From NCBI GenBank assembly GCA_030704615.1, contig CM060731.1, forward strand, positions 93,434,001 to 93,498,000: a DNA stretch of 64,000 bases, written 5' to 3'. How positions within the stretch are numbered: position 1 is the first letter of the stretch; the number at the start of each line of letters is the position of its first letter. The notes beneath the pieces were generated by a model. It saw nothing but the letters and a program-made list of their open reading frames with translations. It had not been told where the DNA came from and searched no databases. The position numbers and the translations under genes were made by a program. Shown here one piece after another: positions 24,731 through 37,400 of the stretch. Source of the stretch: Takakia lepidozioides (Eukaryota > Plantae > Bryophyta).

Positions 24731-27700
24731 TGCGGAGCGCACTTCCCTTGATGGTCTCGCTGCCTACCGAGACGGTACAGGCAGCAAGTGGGGGCGAGCC
24801 GGTGAGGACCACGGGGTGTAAACATCCATGGCACACGTGGGAGGTGCTCGAGGTCCAGAGGGAATTGGCAGCCAAGGCAGCTGTGATGCATGAGGTTGGG
24901 GATTCTTCTCGGGTTGAGGAGGTTCTCAATGATGAGATGATGGGGCAGGATGAGGCCTTGTCATTGACTGAGCAAGAAGGGAGTACTGCTCAAGAGGTTG
25001 CAGCATAGCAACCACGGGACGCGTCCTCTACCTCTAAGCCCACTGGACTTAAGGTTGCAGTTACGGAGGACAATTGGGAGCCTGACATTGGACCCATTGT
25101 CACCGGAGGAGAGAGACGACGTATGCGGCGGTTCCTGAGGGCTTACAGGAATTGCTTTGCCTTCAGTTTGAAGGACTTGGGTGGCATCGAAGATCTTCTC
25201 TGGTGTCAGCATGGCATACCTATCAGACTTGGTCTGACGATTTACAGGCCCGTAATCACCGCACATACGTCTCTCCGTCCAATTGCCATACACATCCTTC
25301 TTGGCTGGCATCACTGTGGCTGAAGCATACTCTCCACCAGAGAGCTCCACCAAACCTGCCTCCCAAAGATCCTGAGTTCTCATCTGAATCAAGGACCTCT
25401 CCATGTCACTGTATCTATAGGGTCTCCGAAAGATTGGCGTGTCAGTAGCCAATTCAATGCGAATCTCTTGACCCTTCAGTGAGTGTTGCTGCTAGTCTGA
25501 ACACTGCAGCTGGCCTTACCCCCGGCGTCGCAATCATGGTTGCCGAGAACAATGGGGCTTGACACACAGAGGTGGCTGCCCCCAATAACACACCGGCTGC
25601 ACTAGCCTTGGTAGCAGGTGTCAGTGTTGCACGTGTAGCTCTCCCCAATGGCATAGTAACCTCCGCCTCGGTAACAGTCGGGCGAGAACTAGGTGCCATG
25701 GATGGCGTCGACACAGTCTCCGCCAATGTGAATGACTGAGGAAGCCTCGCCTGACGGCTTGCCTCCCCACGCTGTGGATCCAATTCCACCTCTGCACCTC
25801 GTGGCTCAGGAACTCGTGCTGCTCCTCGAGTCACGGCTGCAGCAGACTCCACCTGCTCTAGTGGTAGTGCTGCTCCGCACATGAATCCCATGCCTCCCAT
25901 ATCTCCTCCCCAGGAGCAGGAGGTGGACCATCCCGCCTGGGGGCCGGTACCGCCTGAGCTATAGCCATGGCAGCGAGCCTCTGCTCTAGCTGTTGAAGCC
26001 GATTGGCCATGCCTTGGTCAACACCCTGACCTCCGCGTCCTTGGCCATGTGGAGCTTGCCCTTGGCCTGCACCTCGTGCCCGACCACCTCGTCCTCTTTG
26101 GGCTGGTCCACCTCGCCCCCGGCCACCATTGTTCCCTTGGAACTGGCCTGGGCGCAACTCAGGATGCAAGTCATAACACTGGGCATCTCCATGCCCATAC
26201 TTGCCACAATGCCCACAATGCAACTGTGCAGGCTGTGCTTGTGCCGGCCTTCTGCCACTCTCTGGGTAATCTCTCTTGACATGGGGTCCTCCACATGTCC
26301 AACATATCACCCCTGGTTGCTGTTGGCCTGCAAAAGATGCCACGGGCCTCTGCACCTGAGGTCCCCTGTAAGCTCCATGGAACTTGGTTGGGAAACCTTG
26401 CCCCCCTGACCACGCTGTTGGGCAGTCGTTTGTGCCTGTGGGCTGACAGCTGTGCCCCGTGCAGGCATGTCCTTGCCAAATCCAATTGTAACAACTCGCT
26501 CCTCTACCATGTTGAGCTCAATCCGCTCAGCCAGCAGAAACACATCTGCTAATGTGGGTTGGGCTGCTTGTAACAGGGTTGCATCTCGCACCCTTCTCTT
26601 GAGCTCCTTGTCCAGAATTCCATACCAAAACTGGATTGCCTGAGCTTCAGTAACCCCTTGGGTCACACTTATCAAGCGCCTCATACGAGTGTACGCCTCT
26701 CGCAGGCTCTCACTGGGTTTGCGCTGGAAGTCTTGCAAACTTCGCAGCTTCTCTGTCCGTACACCTTGGTAGTTCCTCCGCAACTCCTGGAAGAACTCCA
26801 CCACCGGGTTGAATCTAGGCACATGTGTTGTAGTCGTGGCAGGAGGAGTAGTTGCACCTTTTGAACTGGTACCACCTGCAGAAGTACCAACACTACTTGC
26901 TCCACTACTAGTGCTGGAAGTGGGAGCTATTGGTACTAATGCAGCTACTGGTCGCGTCGTGCCTCGAGTAATGGAGACGTAGTCAGGTGACCAATACATC
27001 CTCCACTCCTCAATCTCTGCTTCATGTCCTCGCCTGAACTCGTGGTAATCGTCCATAGGCGGGCCTTCCAAATGCTGGAACAGTCTCTTCCACGCCATGA
27101 ATGGGGTGAATAGCTGTGGATTGCGCATCTGCTGCAAATCACACCAGCTGTCGAACTCCTGGATAAAATCATCCAACTCGATTGTGCCCACAGCTCCAGA
27201 GTATCTACGAGGCCCCTTGGTAGCTCCATACATCTCCTCCATGTCGTCCCACAACAATGGCGAATGAAAGTGCACACCTGTTGATGAAGCCTCCGAGTCT
27301 GTGTCTGACTCTACAGTAATTGAGGGTGGCGGTGAAGGTGGTCTGAACCGAATACCTCGTCTTGTGAACCCACTCTCACTGTTACTGCCTGTAGCCGTAC
27401 TCCCCTCAAAACCCTTGGGTAACTCCGTAATGACACTCACAATGTGCACCTCCTCCACGTGACACTATAAGGCTCTAGTACTAATCTAATAGTGACACGG
27501 GTGGGCACCTGTTGCAGTTTAAAGGGTCATATCCCAATGGCTCAGGGCACCTGCACCTGCATCCACCGCAAGAACTCCTATGGTTGGCTGGTCATCAACC
27601 CAGCCTCACCATAGAAGAAACACTGGTGGTCTTGCTGGTCACTCCAGCCTCACCACCGACAGCATACTCTAGGATTGACCGGTGATCAAATCCGGCCTTA

Positions 27701-28066
27701 TCCCTATGAAAGCAAGCGCCCACACAAAACCAACATGGCGCACAGTCAAGCATGCAGGTGTTGGGGGGGATCCAAACACAAGAAATCAAAACATCAACAC
27801 CCCCACACCAAAATCCAGCTGCAATGCTGATCCTGCAGAATAGCCCAGCCCAAAACCCCGGACTGACTGGCCTCCACCAAGAGAGGCTTTGGCAACTACA
27901 AGTACAAGGTAATGAAAATAGTACAGAGATGGAGGGGAAGAATAGAAGCCCGACCAAGCAAGATCTAATCCTGATCTATGCTATCAACTGCCAGACTTCT
28001 CTCAAAGTGCCTCGCTCTGCATGATGGTAAGGTGTAGGAGGTATATCTATGTCCAGAAACCTGCCA

Positions 28067-28726
28067 CTAACCTTGTCCCAAGCTACAGTAGCTCGCTCTA
28101 ACCAACCCTCCTCCTCTTTCTGCCAGGTAGAGACAAAGCAATACTCCCCCTATCTCCCGCTCACTGAACACTAAAGAAAACAAAGGTAGGGTCTGATAGT
28201 CTCTTAACTCGAAAGCTTTGAGACGGTTGCGGGTGTCCTCATTGCGAATGACTGCATCTCCTTCACGCACAACAAACATGTCATTGCTGATGAACCCCCG
28301 CTCGTGATTGCCCTGTGCAGAGCGTATCCGGCTGCAACCGTGTCTGATTGCACAAACTTGTGTAGCTCCTGCTCCTCTACTCCAGTACACCACGGCCTTG
28401 TGGCTGAACACCTTGGTCCCCGGGGCTGTCTTTGGTTGTGTTCCAAGCCTAGCTTTCACCCACTTTGGTATTTCACCTACAGCTGCAGAACTGCTGGCTC
28501 CAACAGAGTTCTGACTGTCCAAGGCGATATTGAGGCCCTCAATGCCAATTACAGCAGTCTGTTGTCTACTGCTAATGCCTGACTCCCAGTATGCAATCAA
28601 CTCGTCCAACTGTTCTCCACTCAAATCAGTCTGAGTTCCTTGGGAAACATAAATCTTGTCCCCTTGTGTGCACGGGCTAAGAGAAGAGACCTGCCCTTCA
28701 ATTACGTCCTCATTTCCCCCAGCCAT
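28067..28726 (-). CDS. Unknown 219-aa ORF upstream of gag within the Gypsy element
   Basis: ATG-started open frame on the same strand as gag. No recognisable motif. Confidence 0.35.
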   Translation of the reverse strand: MAGGNEDVIEGQVSSLSPCTQGDKIYVSQGTQTDLSGEQLDELIAYWESGISSRQQTAVIGIEGLNIALDSQNSVGASSSAAVGEIPKWVKARLGTQPKTAPGTKVFSHKAVVYWSRGAGATQVCAIRHGCSRIRSAQGNHERGFISNDMFVVREGDAVIRNEDTRNRLKAFELRDYQTLPLFSLVFSEREIGGVLLCLYLAERGGGLVRASYCSLGQG

Positions 28727-28921
28727 ACAAGGAGTACATCCACAGATTTGTCTCTCATATAGACCAGCACTGGTTCTAGAAACAGAATTGTGGATCTTTC
28801 ATGGCACACTCACACTCTAAAAATTCCATAGATTTTTAGCAGAGTCCTAAAAACAAAAACCAAGTCTAGATTGGTAGATTTCCCCTTTCTGCAGCTATCC
28901 CCTCAAAAACTGGGTCAAACA

Positions 28922-30339
28922 GAAATGTGTCTCGACTCCGACACCGACATGCCCACGACAAACATGGCCGAATCAGTGCACTCTTCTTGGCGTGCCTCCT
29001 CTGCGGCGCATCTGGTGGACATTCTCACTGCCACAACGGAGGACATTGTGAGGTCAATTATGCAGCAATGCAGGTACAACGAGTTCTTGAAAGGGAAACA
29101 GTGGGGCTTGGGGCCGGACAGGCAGGAAATGCTGATGCGGACTGCCTCCAGATCGAAGAATCCTCGGAAGTGGGCGGCGGCCTTGCGAGAGGGCCTTCGG
29201 GACACACCATTGCTGCGAAGAGGCCAACATTTGGAAGGAGATGTTCATACCCGTCCAGTGAGACGAAGACTTGACGAGGCACCTGGCGGAGAAGAGGATT
29301 CATGGCGAGCTGACAAGAATATTCGCACGCTCCCTCGTGGTCCGGTGATGTTGTCCGAGGAGGTCTCGTCGAGCACCGGAAGTCCTGCACGTTCAAGATC
29401 GCCATCTCCTTTGAGCACAGGGCGCGTGCCCCGGCAACATAACGAGCCATCTGTAGTAAAGCAATACAACATTCCCATTGTGGAGACAAGAGTGTCGGAG
29501 TCACAGTGGAGAATTGCGAGGACATTGCCGGCATTTCGAGGGAAGTGTTGCGCCATCCGGGTGGATACGAGAGCACGCTGTGGTGAGATGATTCGGAGGA
29601 ACCCACACGGTGCTGTACCTGCACCTTGTTTCAGCGGCAGATTTTTGACTCCCACATTTGCTCACGCCACAACGCAGACATTTTGGTTCTGTAGGCACGA
29701 CATAATGACCTGTGTATTTGGCAAGCCCAAGTACGGGATTCAGGGAATGCCGGAGCCTCCGGGCGTCTGGCCTGTTGCACCGGGTTGCAACCTCTCTTAG
29801 AATGAGGCGGATGCTCTATCTGCAGCAGGATTTCGAATGGTGCAACGCACAGACATCCCGGCCCACGCATTTCCGGTTCCTCAGACCCAGCCATTGCAGA
29901 CTGCTCGGTCCAGTAGAGACGGATTGGACAATTCTGCACATCCCACAATGCGATTCGGAAGAGTGAAGAGACGACACCCTCCCAACAAGTTGAATGAGAC
30001 TCGGATTGCCAATGCTCTTGGGATGGCTTGCACTATTCAGAGCTCCGTGGACGTACCCCACCCGGCCTTGGGCGTGTGTATCGGATGGCAACGGCCGGCT
30101 CGGCTGTACGCGACGATGTATACACAATTACGATTGGAGTGGAGCCGACTTGCAACTGTACGGACTTCTCGTTGATGGAAGCAAAGAAGGGTTCGAAGTA
30201 TTATCCGTGCAAGCATCTGTATTACATTTACCTGAAGAGGTTGAGGATGAACGTGACTATTGATGACTTTATTCATGCACCGGCGTTGAGCGTGAACGAG
30301 CTGCACAAACTCCTCCTTAGGGATTCCAGAAATCATTGA
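28922..30339 (+). pseudogene. Mutator-like transposase copy A, exon 2 only (catalytic E region to SWIM zinc finger)
   Basis: TTNMAESVHSSW, then C-terminal YTITIGVEPTCNCTDF...YPCKHLYYI (SWIM CxCx..CxH). Collinear with 41629-43058. Confidence 0.85.
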
Positions 30340-30496
30340 TGGGGCAAACGGAATCCTCCATATGGATATTTTCAATGCATTTTGCTGTATCAGACTTTTT
30401 TTTTTGCAGTGTAATGAAATGCACCCAAAACTCCTGGAATGAGGCAATATTCCATTCAAACTGAGATCCAACAGAAGCAGTTGTGGGGCCATTTCT

Positions 30497-30860
30497 GGAA
30501 AAATGGCGCCGAATTTCTCTTTTTGGGGCCGAAAACTCGCTAAGTCCCAACATGCACTGGTACCTGTGTTTGGGAAAATGGCGCCGAATTTCTCTTTTTG
30601 GGGCCGAAAACTGGCTAAGTCCCAACATGCACTGGTACCTGTGTCTGGAAAAATGGCGCCGAATTTCTCTTTTTTGGGCCGAAAACTGGCTAAGTCCCAA
30701 CATGCACTGGAAAAATGGCGCCGAATTACCTGTCATGAGGGGACCTATAGCCGTGGAATTCGGCACCATTTTTCGCCAGAGAGACCTATTGCCGCGAAAT
30801 ACGTCGCCGTTTTTTCAGGTTACGGACCCTATTACCGCGAAATTCGGCGCCATATTTGCA
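30497..30860. repeat. Subterminal array of GGAAA(A/T)(A/T)(T/C)GGCGCCGAATTTC palindromic motifs, 75-bp unit x3
   Basis: Motif starts at 30497, 30572, 30647 and 30709, with further degenerate copies. Confidence 0.9.
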
Positions 30861-31019
30861 CATGTCGCTGGGAATTGGCATGAGCGGAAGACGAAATTTC
30901 ATGAGCACAACTGTCAAAAGTGCAATTTTTCCTTCAAGGGGCCGAATAATATATTTGTTTTTCCTGACACATTGCATTAAATTATTATTTTTTATTATTT
31001 TTTATTTTCGAAATTTGTA

Positions 31020-31109
31020 CTTCTGCTCATGAAAACCGATTGTGTTACTACTCTGCTCATGCCGCTCATGCCGCTCATGCCGCTCATGCTCATGAAATAG
31101 CAAACCTCC
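31020..31109 (+). repeat. Right terminal inverted repeat of Mutator-like element E0
   Basis: (GCCGCTCAT)n...GCTCATGAAATAGCAAACCTCC matches the E1 right end at 43900-43964. Confidence 0.85.
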
Positions 31110-31588
31110 TAAATCAGCAAAACAAGGGGGATGCTATTTCATGAGCCATGAGCCATGAGCGGCATGAGCCATGAGCAGAGTCGTAAGTGTCCAAAAAAAC
31201 ATGAGCAGGACTATTTTCCGGAAATGCGTGTCCGCGGGGATAGGGTTCAGGGTGTCACGGTCATAGGGGGAGAAGGACCTCCCGATGAAGGAGGTTCGGC
31301 AATGTTTTTTAGAATTACATATTGAAAGGCAATGTTTCGCGAATGGTAGGGTGGTACTGCTCTGTACAATGGGAGCCCATTTCAGCCTACCAGCCACTTG
31401 CAAAATCCACTCACACTCCCAATCCCAAACGAAATGAGGAATGATGCATTTTGGGAACGATGGATACAGAATAGAACAAAAAGAGGGCACAATGAGGTTT
31501 TTATTGATCCACATGAATTGCATTTGAAGCACGTCTACTGTGCTGATTTTGCAAACAAATCTGTAGCCCTGTGCCTTCTGAATACAAG

Positions 31589-32200
31589 TCACGTTGTCAA
31601 TGGGACTTCGACTGCTCTGAAAACTAGCTCATGAGTCATCGGGCTCCTCCAGGTAAATTGGATTGCAGCCGTTGTACCGCCCCTGTTGATGTTCACCACA
31701 ATGTCGTGCCCTTCAATGATACCACCATCGAATATGGAAAGCTTCACGTTTTTGTCGTCCACACCAATGCGAATGTCCCCATATAATAGAGAAGAGGAGC
31801 GCACTCCTTCAGGAGTATACGTCTCTCCGATGGACTCCATCCACGTCCACTGGCAGCAGTTCCACCGCAACAGCATAGTAGTGCGCATTCTTCTGTATAG
31901 GTGGCCGTCGTAGCTGGGAAAATCGGAATCAAGGATGCGCAGGAGCCACGGACTCCTCAGACCAAGATCGTCACCCCGCTCGAAGGCGTAGTGGCGTGGG
32001 ATATACTCAAAAGCGGACAATGTTCCCACATTCGAACCAGTATCTTCTGTGTAAACTGTGTATCAGATAACGATGTCTCCCGATGTGGCCGAATACATTG
32101 CATAATCAAAGCCTCCATAAGCACAAACGTCCCGGTTCCGGAAGCACAACATCCTTGCAAAGGAGGTCCTGAGGACGTCTTTGATGCCGATGACAATGAC
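31589..32200 (-). pseudogene. Unknown cargo gene, paralog of 32709-33290
   Basis: Shares WNxCQWT...LYGDIR...GGIIxGHDIVV...FTWR...ELVxRAxEVPLT with the + strand ORF. Confidence 0.6.
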
Positions 32201-32708
32201 CTTGCGGACAGCAACGAAGCCCTTTGATTTTCAAAATGATGAGAAGCGGAAGAGCAGTGCGGGCTCCAATAATGGAGCATCTGGGTCCCACGTACCCACC
32301 AATCAACGTGTAACGTGTTCATCATGCCAGCGGTGGATGAACTGATACCTCTTTCTCATCCACGGGGTATAGTTTGAAATCTGCAACCGAAGTCCATCCC
32401 CCGGATGGAAATTCGGCGCTGCATTTACATCGAAGGGGGGATGGACTTCGTCGTCTCGAGTGGCTATAGGCCCACCTGGCACTTACTGCCCATAGTTTGC
32501 ATGGCACAGAAGGAAACTGAAACGGCTACATTCATGGAGCAGCCAATCTTCATCCATGCAGGTTCCTGTAGGCGGGAAATTTAAATGTGCCCTGGAGTGT
32601 TAGTGAGGAATTGCAGCGTTTGCTTCAACTTCTTCCAGCCACCGCGCTGTTGCCTCATCCATCCGGGAGCTGCTGTCATTGAGCGTACTCCGGTAATCTT
32701 TTGCAAGG

Positions 32709-33290
32709 ATGCCGTGCCGCCGCAATCCTGCTGACTGCCCCTATCATGGCCACGATTATGCTATGTTCAAACCAGAATCAGGAGACATCATTGTCTGGCT
32801 CTCTGTTTTCACAGACGCTTCTAGAATCAAGCGGGAGTCTTTGCGCGCAATGGAGTATTTGGAGGGCTATTACCGCTTTGAGCGAGGTGAGGGCGAGGGT
32901 CAATGCGGTCCGTGGGTCCTGAAAATTGTTGACCTCGATATACCAAGCTCGAATGGGATGCCGGGCAGATCACGCACGGTCTCGCTTTGGCCTTGGAACT
33001 CCTGCCAGTGGACCAGGGAGGACGGCACCGGGGAAAACTATATTCGTGGAGTTCAATCCGCTCTTCCACTGTATGGAGACATTCGGCTGAGTTGCAAAGA
33101 CGAATCGCACGGGCACATGAGGCCCACAATCACCTTGTCAATGTATGGTGGTGGTATCATTGATGGGCATGACATTGTCGTCAGCTCCACCAAGGGCACC
33201 TGAACGACCGCATTGTAGTTTACCTGGAGGTGCCGGTTCAGTACTGAGCTTGTTTTGAGGGCTATCGAAGTTCCGTTGACTTGGTGACGC
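32709..33290 (+). pseudogene. Unknown cargo gene, paralog of 31589-32200 (premature stops near the 3' end)
   Basis: ORF 32709..33203 plus read-through TTAL*FTWRCRFSTELVLRAIEVPLTW. Confidence 0.6.
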
Positions 33291-33562
33291 CCATGTAGAA
33301 GGCGGAAGGGCTTAGATTTGTCTGGAGTTGCTAAATGTGAGACACTGTGTTCGATCAATAAAACAACCCATCGTACCTCACTTCTGTGTGCTGTGTTTCA
33401 TTGTGTTCAAGAAATGATGTGTTTGGCCCACTGTTTACAATTTGTGGTCTCATTTGTACAATGTGTCTGTCCACATGAATATACCAGAGTCAGCGATATC
33501 AGAGTCTTGAGGTGAAGGAAATCCATGTATGAGTAAAAGGAAACATGTACATGCTCAAGCTC

Positions 33563-34366
33563 GGAAATGCGGCACCGCATTTCATTTTTCTCCATGGAGC
33601 GATTTCTGGCAGCTCCCTTTCCTCCATTGTGGTCGTAACGGAAATGTTGTACCGCATTTCATTTCTTGACATGGCATTACCATACTTCGAATTGGAAATG
33701 CGGCTCCGCATTCCCATATTGGACCTTGAATTGTCCAAGCATGTTCAATCGCCAATGCATGTCTATGTCCGTTCTGGAAATGCGGCACCGCATTTCCACG
33801 TCCGTCATCAAATTTTCTTATTGGACAATGGAATGCGGTGTCGCATTTCCGTCGACGGGTCTGGAATTGGACAATCAACGATGTCTGTTTTGGAAATGCG
33901 GCACCGCATTTCCATGTCCGTCATCAAAATTTCGTATTGGACAATGGAATGCGGTGCCACATTTCCGTCCAAGGGTCTGAAATTGGACAAACAACGATGT
34001 CCGTTCTGGAAATGCGGTGCCGCATTTCCATGTACGTCATCGAAATTTCTTATTGGACAATGGAATGCGGTGTCACATTCCCGTCCAGCATCATGGAATG
34101 CGGAGCCGCATTTCCGTCGATGGGTCTGGAGTTGGAAAAACGTCCATCTCCAAAATGGAAATGCGGCACCGCATTTCCATTTCCGCCATGTAAATAACGT
34201 GTTCAACCTCCGCATGCGGGGTGACATTTCCATTTCCCTAAAACTGTCGTGTTCAAAACGGAAATGCGGCACCGCATTTCCGTTCGGCCGAACAGTTTTT
34301 GATGTCCAAACCAGGAAACAAAAAATTGTTCTTGCCCTGGTTTTGGAAATGCGGTGCCGCATTTCC
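33563..34366. repeat. Array of ~14 GGAAATGCGGYRCCGCATTTCC palindromes (116-bp higher-order unit of 53+63 bp)
   Basis: Starts at 33563, 33639, 33693, 33776, 33829, 33892, 33945, 34008, 34061, 34094, 34157, 34210, 34260 and 34345. Confidence 0.93.
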
Positions 34367-34499
34367 GATTTTTGGAGGGACGTGGTTTGGACGATGGTGT
34401 CGTTGAGAAGCACATGGGAGAGGGGACATGAAGGACGGTGAGAATTTCCTTTATATACTCTGGAAGAGAATTTAAATGTACAGAGAGTTAATTAAAATT

Positions 34500-37400
34500 C
34501 TACCAATCTTGAAAATCATCACTACCGTCGTCTTGTCCTTGACTGTCATGCTCCCTTGCCACCCCATCATTGTCTTTCTCATGTCCAGCGGACTGCTCGT
34601 TGGCCAGGCTTTCAAAAATTCCATCTTCCCCTTGCGGAACCGACCATCTCACCTTCGTTGGGTCATCGTCCTCCCTGTCTGCATCGCTCTCTTCCGCTGA
34701 ATCACATATGAACTTTTGCACCCGTGTACCTGTCTCAGCTGCTGCCAACTCTTTCCTTATCCTTCTGTCCTCCTTAGCCCTCTCCAAAATCTGCTCTACT
34801 TTACTGGGATTCTCACATCGTATAATCATTGTATTTGCGAGTTTAGCTGCATAACTAGGAAGGGAGTAGTCCTTCACCGGGCTCTTCATGAAGTCGGCCC
34901 TCGCAAAGAACGGGACATTCATCCTTGCAAGAAGTGTAGGCCCTACATGTTTCGACCCGGATCCTGGAATCCTGCACATAACATTCACCCACGAGACCAA
35001 TGAGAACCACAGTCCACAAATGCGTTTAACAAAAAATCACCCAGAAGGCTTTGCAAACTTACAATGTTTGTACTCACTCGTATTCCGGGTTCTCCTCGGC
35101 ATCAATGTCCACTGTCTCTTCCTCCGAGTCCGAGGAATCCGAGGAATCCTTGGCTTTGATGGGAGCTTTCACATTCCATTGAAGCCCTTCCAGATGGGAT
35201 CCCCAGACGGATGTGTCCTCCTCGTAGGCAAAGAGGTGCCGGTCGGAAAATCGCCCAGCCCACATTGAGGCACATGTTACAATGCCATCCACTCATTCGA
35301 AAATGGCCCTTCACACATGGCGAATTTGAATAGAATGAGAATTCACAGAACAGCATAGTACAAGAATCTGCATACCTACTCCACAGATGAGGTCCAGCAC
35401 TCTGCCCTCCAGGTCCGTGCATGCCTCCATAATTGTCTGGATGAAGGCAGGGCTCCGAGTCCGTGAATACCGCAGGGGTTCCGTTGAAGTGAGACTATGG
35501 GGGAGGAGTTCCGTGGGAACGTTGTTGAACAGGACGTCGTAATCGATGGGGTCGCAGTTCGGGTCAACCAACAATCCCTCCTTCCGAAAAGCAAAGGTCG
35601 AGTTCTCCTTCACAAAGCAGTATGCATCGAACTGCTTTGTCTGCATACACAGTGGGGAACGATTAGAAATCCAATGCGGCACCACATTTCAAAACAGGTT
35701 ACAAAATGAAAGGACGATTGCTAATGTCCTAATTACCTTCTTCCCTTCCGACCGAAGGCCCAATGTGTTGATGCACGTCCACTTCTTCTTCAGAATTGGG
35801 ACGGCGCTCTTGCGGGTCCACTTCGCAATTCTTGTCTCCGTGTTTTTGCCTCTGCTCGCCAGGACAACCACACAGCCTCTGTCGTCCAACACCATGCGGG
35901 CGAGCCCGAATCCTTTCTTCCAAAAGTCCTTGGAGTACCTGTTCCAAGATGGCAAACCTTGCAGTCCTTCCACAGGCTCTCCGTCCGGAATATCCAAGAT
36001 GATCATATCGCAAGACCACTCGGTGGCTTTTTCGCCCCTCCTGCAATCCTTCCCTGCACACACCTTCTCAAAGAAGGAGACCATCTTCAGAATCCCAGGG
36101 GTGTCGGAAGGCTCTGCTTCAGCCGCCTTCTTTAGTGCTCTGCCCTTCAGACCCTCCATGGTCTTGATGTATGCCAACTTGGCTGCCCGTCCGTCCAAAG
36201 CCGCCAAGAAACTCTCATTGACACACTGAACTACTGTTTCTGGCTCCACTTTCGGCCTCTTCATTTCCACCGGCTCGAAAGGGTGCCCCCCCAGGGGGGT
36301 GAAGAGTGCCTTCTTAGCTGAGCTTGTTCTTGTCCCTCTCATGACAACGGTGGGCACAGGGGATTTCGGCTGCATTTCGGGGGGTGGGCTGGTTGCAAAG
36401 TCTCCATCGTCGTCCTCTTTGTCACCCTCTTCCTGCTCTTTCTGTTTCTGCTTCTTCGTCTTCTTGGGTGTCACAACTGCTGCTCCTTGCTGGCGAGTCC
36501 TCTTCTTCGACCCCTTCTGTTGAGCCTGCACAGCTGCATCCACCGTTTTTTGTGCCATCTCAGCTGCCTTTCTGGATTGTTCCAGAGCAGTAGCGTCCAG
36601 GCTTAGCAGGGACACGTCTTTCCTTTCTCTTCTCCTCCGCTTTTGTGTGCAGATCTTTCTCCGATTCGTCAACAAGTCCGCCAGACATGTCCAGGTACCA
36701 CGGGCATCCAACGAGATGCGCGGCATGCCATTGTTTATGCATCTCTGGTAGGTAGACACAGCTTGGTCCTGGCACGGTCCAAGCCATGAAAAACGGGGGA
36801 TGAAGTCCTTTCCAAGAGCCAGATCTGCAATGGCCACCAGCTTCACAAGCTTTGACTTGTATTTGGTTCTGGACTTCACCCCGGCTTCCTTCAAGTGCTC
36901 GGTCAATGACTGCAATGTTTTTGTCTGCCCCTCACTTTCCATGAAGAAGCGTTTGGCATGGGCCAAATCCAGCTTGATGTTTGACTGCCAAGAAAAACAT
37001 GTAGAAGCATTACATAGGATCCATGTGGAAAGATGACTAGAAATTGGGGAAGGATGAGCAGAGGAAAATGGGAGGACAACTTACTTCGTATATCACCTCC
37101 ACCATTCCATCCATAGTGAGGCGATACCATGTCCGGTCTGTTTTTGCCAGGGCTTTTTGATTGAGCTCGGGCTCCAACATTTCGGCGAACATGTGCGGGT
37201 TAGTGAGACCAGTTTTCCTCACCCTGTACAGCATATGTGCCATGTGGGTATGCACGTAAGCATTTTCAGTGACCCTGCAAGGCACACTCTCTAGTTCAGT
37301 CCAATGAAGCACGGAAACAAAACTGATTGGAAACCGAAATGCAGCACCGTATTTCGGATGTGCTTGGGAGGGTATGAGAATCTTACGAGTTGAGGTCCGC

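Larger units (their letters stand above)
19454..28920 (-). mobile_element. Ty3/Gypsy LTR retrotransposon carrying a C5 DNA methyltransferase and a PHD finger; internally rearranged, 5' LTR missing
   Basis: Gag 26307..27458 and CCHC-like knuckles 25858..26355. RT: RMCGDY at ~25260 and YIDD at ~22660. RNase H: TDWS...VAYASR...YEGECLAAVWA...TDH at 21850..22344. Integrase: HHCC region 21250..21564 and core 20664..21137. PPT at 19986-19996, followed by a TG-start 3' terminal repeat. Confidence 0.92.

Noticed and set aside
28871-28921. Start of ORF 28871..29800 as a real N-terminus
   Set aside because: Chance read-through from Gypsy 5' sequence into exon 2 of the transposase.
33545-34441. 298-aa and 201-aa ORFs
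   Set aside because: Translations of the palindrome array (GNAAPHF / EMRHRIS / KCGTAFP in all frames).
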